Shown: positions 39,691-50,228 of the stretch, piece after piece
Layout: every line of letters starts with the position of its first letter
Numbering within the stretch: position 1 is the stretch's first letter
NCBI GenBank assembly: GCA_902569245.1
Contig: CACFTO010000001.1
Span: forward strand, 12,066-76,065
DNA length: 64,000 bases
Reading direction: 5' to 3'
Source of the DNA: an uncultured Pelagibacteraceae bacterium
GTDB lineage: Bacteria; Pseudomonadota; Alphaproteobacteria; Pelagibacterales; Pelagibacteraceae
Notes under the pieces: generated by a model
Told to the model about the DNA's origin: nothing
Databases searched by the model: none
The model's input: only the letters and a program-made list of their open reading frames with translations
Position numbers and translations under genes: made by a program

Positions 39691-40664
39691 TAATTACTTA
39701 CAAAATTAGAGACAAAAAGTATTGAGTTTGATGTATTTTTCTTAACTAAGGCCTCTAAATCATTAATTTTAAATATTATTTCTTTCACCTGATCAGTTGA
39801 CCATGATTGAGCTTGTTTTTTAATGATATCTTTTTCTTTCCAAAATATAGGAGGCTTGAAACTAGATATAACTTGATCAATATTTGAATTATTGTCTATT
39901 TCTGTCCTTATTTTTAAAAGTCTTTTAGATTTATTAAGTATTGTTCTTATTATTAAGATGCAGTCATCCGAAGAATAATTATTTTCATTTAGAATGTTGG
40001 AAACTTTCTTTGAATTTTTAGCTAAATAGTTATCAGACAACTCAAATACACTATAATTTTCTGCAAGATTTGAAAGTTTGAGCACATCCTCTGCGCTTAT
40101 TTTATTTTTACTAATTGATAAATTTTTCAATTTTATCAATTCGTTTTTTAAATTAATCCTATCTCCTTTTGACCTTTCAATAAGTATATTTTTAATTTCT
40201 TGAGATAAATTAAAGTTTTGCTCTTTTAAAAAAATATTAATTACTGAATTCAATGAACGACTATCATCTTCATAAACTGGTGTACAAACTGCTTTTTTTT
40301 CTTTTTCAAATAAATTCCTAAGTTTTGATTTTTTTTCAAGATTTGATGATTTTATTATAATTTTTGTTTCTGTTATCTCATTTTCCAAAATTTCTGCTAA
40401 CAAATTTGATAATTTATCAGAACATCTTGAAACAATAATTAATTTATTGGTCTCGAAAAGAGATTTTGTTAATAAACTCGAAATGAATTCATCCTTACTA
40501 TTTAAAAGTTCTTGCTCTTCATATTTTAACACCTCACCACTAAAATCTTTTAGATACTTATTATTTATAATATCGTCTTTTATTCCCTCATTGTTTCCAT
40601 AAATTAAGTGTAAATTGAAATCATATGAATTTAATTTATCTAACTCAAAGCTTTTAATTATCAT
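39687..40664 (-). CDS. holA: DNA polymerase III delta subunit
   Basis: YGNNEG, LEKKSKLR..FEK, PPIFWK; holA-lptE-leuS synteny. Confidence 0.82.
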   Translation of the reverse strand: MIIKSFELDKLNSYDFNLHLIYGNNEGIKDDIINNKYLKDFSGEVLKYEEQELLNSKDEFISSLLTKSLFETNKLIIVSRCSDKLSNLLAEILENEITETKIIIKSSNLEKKSKLRNLFEKEKKAVCTPVYEDDSRSLNSVINIFLKEQNFNLSQEIKNILIERSKGDRINLKNELIKLKNLSISKNKISAEDVLKLSNLAENYSVFELSDNYLAKNSKKVSNILNENNYSSDDCILIIRTILNKSKRLLKIRTEIDNNSNIDQVISSFKPPIFWKEKDIIKKQAQSWSTDQVKEIIFKINDLEALVKKNTSNSILFVSNFVSNY

Positions 40665-41130
40665 TTAAATTTATAATTGAGGATATTATACTATCACTAA
40701 TTTTTTCAGATAAATTAGTTATTATATTTTTTTCGTTTTGTTCAAGCTCAAACTTATCAGATTTATTGTTATATATGTTACTCTTTTCTATCTCTCTTTC
40801 TAAAATTATTTTTTCATTCTCCAATATTTCATAACTTACGAGAATATCAATTTCAAACTTGAGTGGGTCACCTTTGCTATCGTTAGAAATTATTTTTTTA
40901 TTTTTTATCGAATTTATAAATACAGAAAATTTCTTTTTATCTAAATTTTTACTTTTTTTAATCATTGTAAATTTTCTATCAATCACTCTATTTATATCTT
41001 TGTCACCGGTTAGAATAAGTTTATCAATTTGAAAATTATAATTTTTTTCTGAGAAAATTGGTTTATATGAACACGAGGTCGTAAATAGAATAAGAAAAAT
41101 AATTACTATTTTTGAAAAAATTTTATTCAT
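40654..41130 (-). CDS. lptE: LptE-like lipoprotein
   Basis: Lipobox TSC-SYKPIF; located between leuS and holA. Confidence 0.65.
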   Translation of the reverse strand: MNKIFSKIVIIFLILFTTSCSYKPIFSEKNYNFQIDKLILTGDKDINRVIDRKFTMIKKSKNLDKKKFSVFINSIKNKKIISNDSKGDPLKFEIDILVSYEILENEKIILEREIEKSNIYNNKSDKFELEQNEKNIITNLSEKISDSIISSIINLNDN

Positions 41131-43672
41131 TTATTAATAAATTTATTAATCTGTTTTTCACAAATATTATTTTTTTAATAGTTTTGTTTTTTAAATATTT
41201 ATTTGATAGCTTATTTGTTTTTACTTTAGATAAAAGGCTTTCTTCATTGATATCTCTATTTTCGTTTAAAATCGCTCTTTTTTTTCCATTAATTTGAATT
41301 ACATAATCTATTTTATTTTCATTTAGTTGGCTCTTATCTATTGATGGCCAACTCAATGACTCGAAATAGCCTAGATCTTCCAAACACTCATGACTAAAAT
41401 GAGGTATTGCAGGTGCCATCAGAGTTAAAATTTTAATGTAGTTTTCTCTTAAAAGATTATTATCAATATCATTTACTATTTCTTTGTTGAAAAAATTATA
41501 TATTTCATAAATATTAGCTATGATCACGTTGTAGTTAAAATTTTCAAGATTATTTGTGATTTTACTAATCATTTGATTTGTAAATTTATCTAACTTTCTA
41601 TTTTGATTTTTATTTTCTATTTTAATTTTGTTTTTTATTTTTTGGTGAAGTGTCCATAGTTTAAGTAAAAATTTGTATGAAGCAGTCATTCCTTGTTCTG
41701 ACCATTGGACATCTTTTTCAGGTGGACTATCTGACAATATGAATAATCTCACAGCATCAGCACCATAATTATTTATTATATTTTCTGGATCTATAACGTT
41801 TTTTTTTGATTTTGACATTGACTCAGATGGTCCGACAATAATTTTATTATTTGACTCTCCTTTTTTAAAAAATTCTCCCTCAATTAACTCTATCTCGTCA
41901 GGACTTATCCAATTATTTCTTTGATCTTTATAAGTCTCATGACATACCATACCCTGAGTAAATAAACCTTTGAATGGTTCCGTAAATGAAAAATCTTTAT
42001 TTTTATAGCCAAGAGCTTTCATAAAAAAACGAGAATACAAAAGATGAAGAATTGCATGTTCTACCCCACCAATATATTGATCGACAGGCATCCAATAATT
42101 AATATCTTCATTTTTGTATCCATATTCAGTTTCTTTAGGTGAACAGAATCTAAGATAATACCAAGATGAACAGACAAAAGTATCTAGTGTATCTGTCTCT
42201 CTAGTATATTTTTTTCCATTAATTGTTATATTTTTCCAATCTGTTTCTGAATCTAATGGATTACCTTTACTATTTAAATTTATATTTTCTGGGAGTGTTA
42301 CTGGCAAGTTTTTTTTTGGAATTGTAATTACGTTCCCAGCCTCGTCATATGCGATAGGTATTGGACATCCCCAATAACGCTGTCTGGAAACTCCCCAATC
42401 TTTAAGTCTAAAATTGACTTGTTTTTTTCCAATCTTTTTTTTCTCCAAAATGTCAATTGTATTAGTAATTGACTCTTCAGGAACTTTTAAACCATTTAAA
42501 AATTCAGAATTTACTATTACTCCTGATCCTGTATATGCCTCTGTTTTGACAATAAAACTTTCATCTTCCTCTTCAGGTCTTACAACAGTTTTAATGTCTA
42601 AATTGTATTTTGTTGCAAAATCAAAATCTCTTTGATCGTGAGCTGGACAGCCAAATACAGCTCCAAATCCATAATCCATTAAAACGAAATTAGCAAAGAA
42701 AACAGGGACTTTTTCCTTTGGATTTAATGGATTTATTGCCTTCAGGTTCGTTTTAAATCCAATTTTATCACCTATTGCAAGTGCTTCCTCAGTAGTTCCA
42801 GTTTTTTGACACTCTTTTTTAAACTCTTGAAAGTCTTTGTTTTCTGAAAAAAATTTTGAAATTTCATGATCAATTGAAAGAGCTAAAAAGGAAAAACCAA
42901 ACAAAGTATCGGGCCTTGTTGTGAAACACTTTATTTCATCAATTGGTAAATCTCCTTCAGTTTTAAAAGCTATTTCACAACCAAAAGATTTACCTATCCA
43001 GTTTTTTTGCATCACTTTGACTTTATTAGGCCATTCATTTAATTTTTCTAGATCGTCTAAAAGTTCCTGAGAAAATTCTGAGATTTTAAAAAACCATTGA
43101 TTTAGTTTTTTTCTCTCAACTGTAGCTCCTGATCTCCAGCCTTTGCCATCAATAACCTGTTCATTAGCAAGAACAGTTTGATCAACTGGATCCCAATTTA
43201 CATAGTTCTCTTTTCTATAAACTAATCCTTTTTCATATAACTCTAAAAAAAATAATTGTTGATGTTTGTAGTATTCTTCTGAACATGTAGAAATCTCTCT
43301 ATCCCAATCAATTGATAGACCTAGTTTTTTTAATTGATTTTTCATAGTTAAAATATTTTTATTAGTCCAATCTTTTGGATCTAAATTATTTTCACGAGCA
43401 GCATTTTCAGCCGGCATTCCAAAAGCATCCCATCCCATTGGGTGCATCACATTAAAACCTTTTAGTGATTTGTATCTAGACAACACATCTCCAATTGTGT
43501 AATTTCGAACATGTCCCATATGAATTTTTCCTGACGGATAAGGAAACATTTCTAAACAATAAAACTTTTGTTTTGAGGTATCAATTTTACTTAAAAAAGA
43601 CTTATTTTTACTCCACTTTTCTTGCCATTTTTCCTCTATGGTTTTAAAATTATATCTCTCTGAAGAAGTCAC
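41123..43672 (-). CDS. leuS: Leucine--tRNA ligase
   Basis: MFPYPSG.IHMGH, SRQRYWG, GGVEHA, MSKS. Confidence 0.97.
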   Translation of the reverse strand: MTSSERYNFKTIEEKWQEKWSKNKSFLSKIDTSKQKFYCLEMFPYPSGKIHMGHVRNYTIGDVLSRYKSLKGFNVMHPMGWDAFGMPAENAARENNLDPKDWTNKNILTMKNQLKKLGLSIDWDREISTCSEEYYKHQQLFFLELYEKGLVYRKENYVNWDPVDQTVLANEQVIDGKGWRSGATVERKKLNQWFFKISEFSQELLDDLEKLNEWPNKVKVMQKNWIGKSFGCEIAFKTEGDLPIDEIKCFTTRPDTLFGFSFLALSIDHEISKFFSENKDFQEFKKECQKTGTTEEALAIGDKIGFKTNLKAINPLNPKEKVPVFFANFVLMDYGFGAVFGCPAHDQRDFDFATKYNLDIKTVVRPEEEDESFIVKTEAYTGSGVIVNSEFLNGLKVPEESITNTIDILEKKKIGKKQVNFRLKDWGVSRQRYWGCPIPIAYDEAGNVITIPKKNLPVTLPENINLNSKGNPLDSETDWKNITINGKKYTRETDTLDTFVCSSWYYLRFCSPKETEYGYKNEDINYWMPVDQYIGGVEHAILHLLYSRFFMKALGYKNKDFSFTEPFKGLFTQGMVCHETYKDQRNNWISPDEIELIEGEFFKKGESNNKIIVGPSESMSKSKKNVIDPENIINNYGADAVRLFILSDSPPEKDVQWSEQGMTASYKFLLKLWTLHQKIKNKIKIENKNQNRKLDKFTNQMISKITNNLENFNYNVIIANIYEIYNFFNKEIVNDIDNNLLRENYIKILTLMAPAIPHFSHECLEDLGYFESLSWPSIDKSQLNENKIDYVIQINGKKRAILNENRDINEESLLSKVKTNKLSNKYLKNKTIKKIIFVKNRLINLLINE

Positions 43673-43686
43673 TTTAATTATAAAAC

Positions 43687-44259
43687 CTATTTCGTAGTGT
43701 CGACTGCACTACCTGTATAAGGTTTGAAGTTTTTATCTTTTTTTTGCTTTTTGTAAACAGCGGCTTTACTTAAGATTTCTTTTTTTAACTCTGCAACAAG
43801 TGATCCAGTTTTTTGCTCTATTTTACAATTTGCCACTTGATTACATTTTTTATAAAAAACTTTTATATCTAATGCATCTGTCCTAACCTCATTTGTTAAA
43901 AATCTAATGCTTATCTTTACTGATTCATCAATATTGTTTCCATCTGAGTACCAGTCAGTAATGATTATCCCCCCACTGTAATTTACAGAGGAAAGAGGCA
44001 TAAAATCTATCGTATCTAAAGAGGCCCTCCATAGCTCGTTTGCGCTTGCAAACATAAAATCTCCACCTTTTCCAGTTTGACCACCAAGCATGTTGTCTAA
44101 TCTAAAACCTCTGCCTTCCTCTAAGTTTTTTTTGACCCTTTCTTTTGGATTTGGTGGATATTTCCTGGCATCTCCTCCTGGCATTCCCTCACACGAATAT
44201 AATGCAACCAATGATATTAATAAAATTGAGGTGATTTGTGACTTAAAAAAAAATGACAT
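43687..44259 (-). CDS. DUF3576-like lipoprotein
   Basis: Lipobox YSC; [14 protein letters not shown]...GGIIITDWY. Confidence 0.8.
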   Translation of the reverse strand: MSFFFKSQITSILLISLVALYSCEGMPGGDARKYPPNPKERVKKNLEEGRGFRLDNMLGGQTGKGGDFMFASANELWRASLDTIDFMPLSSVNYSGGIIITDWYSDGNNIDESVKISIRFLTNEVRTDALDIKVFYKKCNQVANCKIEQKTGSLVAELKKEILSKAAVYKKQKKDKNFKPYTGSAVDTTK

Positions 44260-44477
44260 AATTTTCCTAAAAATTAGTAATAAATGAAAAAACTAAAGAT
44301 TAAAAAGTTTTTTTTAAAATAGATCAAAAAAAACCATATTTAAAGGGATTTTTGGTGATGTAAAAATACAACACTTTAACAAAATTAGATAATTTTAACC
44401 AAAAATTCCGATAATTAATGGAAATAATTGATAAATAAATCCTGTTTAATATTAAACAATTAACGAAAGGTAATAAT

Positions 44478-45422
44478 ATGAACAATCTAAAAAAAATAGG
44501 ATTGACAGCATTAGGTACTGCATTGGTAACAGCGGGATCTGCACAAGCAGCATCTTTAAGTGTATCAGGCGCTACTTCAATCTTTTTCAATGGTGAGGAT
44601 AATTCTGATCTTGGAAATGGTTGGTCAATGACTGACTCAATTAGTTTTGCAGCAAGTGGTGAAATGGATAACGGTTTCACAGTTTCAACTGCATTTGAAT
44701 TAGACAACGGTGCGCTTGACGATAGAAGTATTACTATCGACACAGGTGACATGGGTAAACTGACTTTCTCAGGAAGTGGAACTTCAGGACCTATCGGTGC
44801 ATGGGATGATGTAACTCCTTCTGCAAACGAAGAAGCTCATGGAACTGCTACAGCTGGAACAGCTGCTGGTGCTGCAAATGCTGCTAGCTCTGCTAACAGA
44901 TTTGTATACGACTACACTGCAATGGATGGTTTAGCGATTAAAGCTGCTTACACTCCATCAGGTGGTGTTGGCAAAGTTGAAAGCTCAACAGAAATCGGTG
45001 CATTGTACACTGGTATTGATGGTTTATCTATCTATGCTGCAATGGGTGAAAACAATGACCAACCTACAGCTGGTATCACAGGTAAGTCAGACTTAACTGC
45101 TTTTGCTGTTACATATGCAATGGGTGCGATTACAGTTGGTTACCAAGCTAATGAAACAGACTCAGGTACTGCGTCTCAAGACGAAGACTTTACAGCTATT
45201 GGTGTTTCATATGCGATAAGTGACGATCTATCAGTATCTTACAACGTATCAGAAATTGATTTTGAGTCAGGTTCAAATGATCAAGAAGCTACAGGTGTAA
45301 GTTTCTCTTATACTTCAGGTGGATTGACTGTTTCAGGAACTCACTCAACAATTGATAACGTAGCTGGATCTGCTTCTGCAGATAACTCTGGTTATGAAGT
45401 CAATTTCTCATTTGCATTCTAA
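44478..45422 (+). CDS. Major outer-membrane porin
   Basis: Signal peptide, amphipathic beta strands, C-terminal Phe, strongly biased codon usage, strong terminator. Confidence 0.85.
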   Translation: MNNLKKIGLTALGTALVTAGSAQAASLSVSGATSIFFNGEDNSDLGNGWSMTDSISFAASGEMDNGFTVSTAFELDNGALDDRSITIDTGDMGKLTFSGSGTSGPIGAWDDVTPSANEEAHGTATAGTAAGAANAASSANRFVYDYTAMDGLAIKAAYTPSGGVGKVESSTEIGALYTGIDGLSIYAAMGENNDQPTAGITGKSDLTAFAVTYAMGAITVGYQANETDSGTASQDEDFTAIGVSYAISDDLSVSYNVSEIDFESGSNDQEATGVSFSYTSGGLTVSGTHSTIDNVAGSASADNSGYEVNFSFAF

Positions 45423-45444
45423 TTAAAGGATCAAATATTGATAT

Positions 45445-45475
45445 AAAAGGGCCCCTTTTTAGGGGCCTTTTTTTT
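45445..45475 (+). terminator. Rho-independent terminator, probably bidirectional
   Basis: AAAAG-GGCCCCT-tttt-AGGGGCC-T8 between convergent genes. Confidence 0.9.
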
Positions 45476-46001
45476 ATTTAAAATATGAAATTCCAGCAAA
45501 TCCAACTGATTTTGTAAGATTTATTAAATTGATATTTTCCTTAGAAATACCACCTAAGGCGATAACACCTTTTTTAGTATAATTTGATAATAGATAAAAT
45601 TTATTTAAACCTAAAAAATTTCCATTATCTTTAAATAATGAAGACAAGAAAATTTCTTTTACCTTTTGTCTCTCTTTTATTCTAATTTCTTTTAAATTAT
45701 GAGCTGACCCAAGAAGTATAAAATTCTTTTTAAAACTATAATTTAAATGAACTAAGCTCTTATTAAATGATGGCAAATATACTCCATCTAAATTTAAATT
45801 AATGGATAGTTTAATATTATTCGATAAAAAAAACTTAATATTTTTTTTTCTACAATAATCTCTTATATAAATTATCTCACTAATTTTGTAATTTTTTTTG
45901 TAATTTCTATAAATTATTGCAGTATTTTTACTTTGTTTATCAATGATACTTTTTTTAAATTCCTCTATAAAGTAATATAATTTAAAAAATCTTTTATGCA
46001 T
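45474..46001 (-). CDS. Thiamine-phosphate synthase-like (TMP-TENI) protein, divergent
   Basis: DGVYLP, GSAHN..E, ALGGI. Confidence 0.7.
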   Translation of the reverse strand: MHKRFFKLYYFIEEFKKSIIDKQSKNTAIIYRNYKKNYKISEIIYIRDYCRKKNIKFFLSNNIKLSINLNLDGVYLPSFNKSLVHLNYSFKKNFILLGSAHNLKEIRIKERQKVKEIFLSSLFKDNGNFLGLNKFYLLSNYTKKGVIALGGISKENINLINLTKSVGFAGISYFK

Positions 46002-46658
46002 GAAACAGTTAAAAATTTAATATCAATTCAAAGCTTAATCAATTCAAAACTACTAGAATTAAAAGAAAAAAGTAGAATCCCAAAAATAATAGCAGTTTCT
46101 AAAACTTTTAAAATAGATCACATTTTACCATTAATTCAGTATGGTCATTTAGACTTTGGTGAAAATAAAGTTCAAGAGGCAATTGAAAAATGGACAGATA
46201 TCAAAAATCAAAATAAAGATATCCGTTTACATTTGATTGGAAAACTTCAAACAAATAAAGTCAAATTTGCTGTTAAAATTTTTGATTATATACATTCACT
46301 TGACAATGAAAAATTAGCAAAAAAAATTGCTGAAGAACAAATTAAACAAAATCTTAAACCTAAAATTTTTATTCAACTAAATCTAGGAAATGAAAGTCAA
46401 AAATCAGGAATAATAAAAGAAAACTTATTAGATTTTTATAATTTCTCAAAAAATTTGGATCTTAACATAATAGGAATTATGTGTATTCCACCATTTAATG
46501 AGGACTCCACTAAATATTTTTCTCAAATGAGTGAACTTAATGAATTAATTAATCTCAAGGAATTAAGTATGGGAATGTCATCAGATTATTTAAATGCGAT
46601 AGAGCACAAGTCAACTTATTTAAGAATTGGATCTAATATCTTTGGTCAAAGAGGCTAA
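45996..46658 (+). CDS. yggS: PLP homeostasis protein YggS
   Basis: IAVSKT, FGENKVQE, HLIGKLQTNK, SMGMSSDY, RIGS.IFG. Confidence 0.95.
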   Translation: MHETVKNLISIQSLINSKLLELKEKSRIPKIIAVSKTFKIDHILPLIQYGHLDFGENKVQEAIEKWTDIKNQNKDIRLHLIGKLQTNKVKFAVKIFDYIHSLDNEKLAKKIAEEQIKQNLKPKIFIQLNLGNESQKSGIIKENLLDFYNFSKNLDLNIIGIMCIPPFNEDSTKYFSQMSELNELINLKELSMGMSSDYLNAIEHKSTYLRIGSNIFGQRG

Positions 46659-47149
46659 GCTATCCTAATTTTTGTATTCTTATTGATAAGTTTTAATAAA
46701 ATTAGAAAATCTTTTTTTTGAAGTGCTATACATCCGGCTGTCGGATTATATTTTTTTGTTAAATGAATAAAAATTGCGCTTCCAGCACCAATTTTGGTGT
46801 TTTTAGTATTGTAATTTATTGGAACTAGAAAGTCATATTTGTAGTCTCTTCTATATAATTTTTCATGTCGAAGATTTTTTTTTATATTTATTAACTTATT
46901 ATAATATTTTTTACTTTTGATATCATCACACCAACCCATATTTTTTTTAATCGGTATGCACTTTAACTTTGTCAAGGGCTTAGGATTACGATCATTTCTA
47001 TAGAGCAGATTGCTTAAAGAAAATGTTCCAATTGGAGTTTTTTTGTCACCTTCAATCTTACTTTTAGTTAATCCACTTTTACCAATAGAGCATTTGAAAA
47101 TAAAATCATCAAAAAGAAGAGTTGCTTTATTTTTTAAAATAATTGTCAT
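46655..47149 (-). CDS. L,D-transpeptidase (YkuD-like) family protein
   Basis: EGDKKTP.G, GSAIFIH...TAGCIA. Confidence 0.85.
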   Translation of the reverse strand: MTIILKNKATLLFDDFIFKCSIGKSGLTKSKIEGDKKTPIGTFSLSNLLYRNDRNPKPLTKLKCIPIKKNMGWCDDIKSKKYYNKLINIKKNLRHEKLYRRDYKYDFLVPINYNTKNTKIGAGSAIFIHLTKKYNPTAGCIALQKKDFLILLKLINKNTKIRIA

Positions 47150-47163
47150 ATTCTTTATTATAT

Positions 47164-47718
47164 ATGAATAATCAAACTTTAGTAATTTATGATTTTAAAA
47201 TCCTATATGAAATACTTAGTGAATTAGAAAATCATATCAATTTTAGCTTGTTGCATACAAAAAAATTGTCTGATCTTAATTTTATAACTTCAAATGATTA
47301 TCTCATTATATCAAGTAAAAAACAAAATATTGAAAACCAAATTATAATTGATCCATTACCAATTGATATAAATAAATTAGTAGAACTTATTAATATAAAT
47401 TTTTTAAAAAAAAAATATAATCAGCAATCAGAAATAGATCTTGGTACTTATAAATTAAACTTGAATTCAAGAAAAATATTTAATGAAAAAAATAGTCTTA
47501 ATTTAACTGAAAGAGAGGCGAATATTATAATATTTTTATATAATTCCAAAAAACCTGTTAAAATAAGTAAATTACAAACAGAGGTATGGGGACATAATTC
47601 AAAATTAGAAACTCATACTGTTGAGACGCACATTTATAGATTAAGAAAAAAAATAAATAACATCTTTAGTGATGAAAACTTTATAAAAAGTTCCAAGGCA
47701 GGTTATATTATTCAATGA
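47164..47718 (+). CDS. OmpR/PhoB-type winged-helix regulator with degenerate receiver domain
   Basis: LTERE, VWG, THTVETHIYRLRKK, GY; N-terminus lacks receiver motifs. Confidence 0.8.
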   Translation: MNNQTLVIYDFKILYEILSELENHINFSLLHTKKLSDLNFITSNDYLIISSKKQNIENQIIIDPLPIDINKLVELININFLKKKYNQQSEIDLGTYKLNLNSRKIFNEKNSLNLTEREANIIIFLYNSKKPVKISKLQTEVWGHNSKLETHTVETHIYRLRKKINNIFSDENFIKSSKAGYIIQ

Positions 47719-47822
47719 AAAAAAAAAATCTTATTGCAAAAGATTTGTTAACACCAAAATATAAAACCCGTGTTGTTAAACCAAAGAAGGGCAAGGGTAG
47801 TTTTAAAAGAAAGAAAAAATAA
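47715..47822 (+). CDS. arfA: Alternative ribosome rescue factor ArfA-like small protein (35 aa)
   Basis: Manual translation MKKKNLIAKDLLTPKYKTRVVKPKKGKGSFKRKKK*; KKGKGS core; ATGA overlap with upstream stop. Confidence 0.75.
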   Translation: MKKKNLIAKDLLTPKYKTRVVKPKKGKGSFKRKKK

Positions 47823-47826
47823 TCTT

Positions 47827-48756
47827 TTACAGTCTAGCACCTATTTGTTGTATAACTTTTGAAGACATTTCAGTTCCTTTATCTAAACTTTCTTTCAATG
47901 ACATTTTATTTACTTGGCCATGTAAAAAGCCTGCTGCAAAAAGATCACCAGCTCCAGTCAAATCAACAATCTTAAGACCATGATTAATACCACATTCAAC
48001 AACTTCATCCCCACTAATTGCTACTGCACCTTTTTCACCTCTTGTTAAAACAATTATTTTACCAAGAGACTTTGAGAAACTAATTACCTCATCAAAAGAT
48101 TTTGCATCTATCAAAGACATTATCTCTTGTTCATTTGCAAAAGTTATATCTAATTTGTTTTTAACCAGTTCTAAAAAATGAGGTTTGTGTCTATCAACGC
48201 AAAACTGATCAGATAAAGACATTGCTACTTTTTTTGCGCTTTGAATTGCTTTTTCAAAAGCTTTTTTGGGCTCACCTTCGTCCCAAAGATAACCTTCTAG
48301 AAGTATTGTCTCACTTTGTTTAATTGCATCTGCACTTACATCATTTTCGTTTATTTTACCAGCAGTTCCTAAAAACGTACACATTGTTCTCTCAGAGTCA
48401 GGTGTAACTAATATTAAACATGTTCCGGTAGGTAGCTCTTCTTTTTTCTTTGAATAAAAATATTTAACATTCTCCTGCTTTAGACCATCTTCATATTTTT
48501 CACCAAGGTCGTCATCATTTACTTTACCAATAAATCCAACTTCGTTCCCCAACTGAGATAAACCAACTATTGAGTTAGCAACTGATCCACCTGAAACTGT
48601 TTTTTCAATTTTAAGATTTGATAATAAATCTTTAAACTCTTTATCATCAAAAATTAACTTCATGGTACTTTTAGTTAAATTATTTTTAATAATAAAATCA
48701 TCTTCTACTTTGCAAATTACATCTACAATTGCGTTTCCAATTCCTAATATTTTCAT
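47827..48756 (-). CDS. PfkB family carbohydrate/adenosine kinase
   Basis: GIGNAIVD, GGSVAN, ERTMCTFLG, DLTGAGDLFAAGF. Confidence 0.9.
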   Translation of the reverse strand: MKILGIGNAIVDVICKVEDDFIIKNNLTKSTMKLIFDDKEFKDLLSNLKIEKTVSGGSVANSIVGLSQLGNEVGFIGKVNDDDLGEKYEDGLKQENVKYFYSKKKEELPTGTCLILVTPDSERTMCTFLGTAGKINENDVSADAIKQSETILLEGYLWDEGEPKKAFEKAIQSAKKVAMSLSDQFCVDRHKPHFLELVKNKLDITFANEQEIMSLIDAKSFDEVISFSKSLGKIIVLTRGEKGAVAISGDEVVECGINHGLKIVDLTGAGDLFAAGFLHGQVNKMSLKESLDKGTEMSSKVIQQIGARL

Positions 48757-48759
48757 TAA

Positions 48760-49413
48760 TTATGCTTTCTTGGTTATAAGTGGTTTTTTTCTCTTAGGAT
48801 AACAAGTAGTACAGATTTTACAAGATAAACCATAGCACTCTCTTGCTTTACAATATTCTCTTCCATAATATATAATTTGAAGATGTAGCTTATTCCAATA
48901 TTTTTTAGGAAACAGTCTTTTAAGATCTTCTTCTGTTTGAACGACATTTTTTCCATTAGTTAACCCCCATCTTTGTGCTAGCCGATGAATATGGGTGTCG
49001 ACTGGAAAGGCAGCATATCCAAACCCTTGAGACATCACTACGCTGGCTGTTTTGTGCCCAACACCTGGTAATTCTTCAAGTTGTTCAAATGTTTTTGGAA
49101 CTTTACCATTATACTTTTCAACTAAAGTTTTTGATAAATTGTAAACACTTTTTGCCTTAATTCTAAAAATACCAATACTTCGTATTAGTTTTTCAATTTT
49201 TTTTCTTCCCAACTTAACAAAGTGTTCAGGCTTATTATATTTTGGATATATATTTTTAGTAACATTATTAACATTTACGTCTGTACACTGTGCAGATAAA
49301 AGAACTGAAACTAGTAAAGTAAAAATATTTCTGTGTTTAAGAGGAATTGGCGTCTTTGGATATATTTTGTTTAAAGTTCGAAGAACAATTCTTGCTCTTT
49401 GCTCCTCACTCAT
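48760..49413 (-). CDS. nth: Endonuclease III
   Basis: LSAQCTD, LPGVGHKTA, VDTHIHR, C-terminal Cys cluster. Confidence 0.94.
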   Translation of the reverse strand: MSEEQRARIVLRTLNKIYPKTPIPLKHRNIFTLLVSVLLSAQCTDVNVNNVTKNIYPKYNKPEHFVKLGRKKIEKLIRSIGIFRIKAKSVYNLSKTLVEKYNGKVPKTFEQLEELPGVGHKTASVVMSQGFGYAAFPVDTHIHRLAQRWGLTNGKNVVQTEEDLKRLFPKKYWNKLHLQIIYYGREYCKARECYGLSCKICTTCYPKRKKPLITKKA

Positions 49414-50187
49414 TTAAAAATTTAAAACATCACGCATCGAATATAAACCTGGTTTTTTTTTCATTAACCATTTTCCAGCCGTTAAAGCTCCTTCACTGTA
49501 TAAAGACCTATCAAATGCTTCGTGATTTAATGTAATAATTTCTTTTCCACTTGAAAATTTAACTTCATGTTCACCAACTATTTTGCCTTTTCGTATTGAG
49601 TTAAAATTTATTTTTTTTCCATAAGGAAAACTTTTTTTATTAAGATATTTTCTTCCAAGTAAATTATAAAAATCTTTATTTTTTCCAACAGCAATTCCTT
49701 TACCCAACATCAGCGCTGTTCCTGATGGATAGTCTATTTTATATTTATGATGAACCTCATATACTTTACTTAAAAAATTATTTCCTAATGATTTAGATGC
49801 TACTTCAGTTAAATACATTAACAAATTTATGCCTAAACTCATGTTTCCAGCTTTCAGTATTGGAATTTTCTTTGAAAATTTTTTAATAAGACTTTCTTCT
49901 TTTTTGGTAAATCCAGTTGTACCAATAATAACTCTTTTTTTAAGTTTTGATGCAATTTTAAGAATTTCAAAAGTACAATTAGGGACAGTAAAATCGATAA
50001 TTAAATCAACATTTTTGAAGGAATTTTCATTATTTAAACTAGGTTTAATTCCAGAAATTTTTTTTTTTATTAATCTATTTTCTGTGAGGGTTGTTAGTTT
50101 AAAATCTTTATCAACTCTTGAAGATTTTACTAGTTGTTGGCCCATTCGTCCCATGCAACCAGATATCGCTAAATTTACTTTGCTCAT
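49414..50187 (-). CDS. dapB: 4-hydroxy-tetrahydrodipicolinate reductase
   Basis: GCMGRMG, IDFT, GTTG, EVHH..K.DYPSGTA. Confidence 0.94.
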   Translation of the reverse strand: MSKVNLAISGCMGRMGQQLVKSSRVDKDFKLTTLTENRLIKKKISGIKPSLNNENSFKNVDLIIDFTVPNCTFEILKIASKLKKRVIIGTTGFTKKEESLIKKFSKKIPILKAGNMSLGINLLMYLTEVASKSLGNNFLSKVYEVHHKYKIDYPSGTALMLGKGIAVGKNKDFYNLLGRKYLNKKSFPYGKKINFNSIRKGKIVGEHEVKFSSGKEIITLNHEAFDRSLYSEGALTAGKWLMKKKPGLYSMRDVLNF

Positions 50188-50228
50188 TAAATTTTTTTAA
50201 TATATTTTTTTAACAATATACAACAATT

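Noticed and set aside
41805-41830. LeuS KMSKS motif reading SMSKS
   Set aside because: The catalytic second Lys is intact and first-position variation is common.
44375-44436. Loose TTTAAC...GATAATT repeats upstream of the porin as a regulator array
   Set aside because: Too degenerate to separate from AT-rich background by eye; no proper TTAA-N7-TTAA CtrA site.
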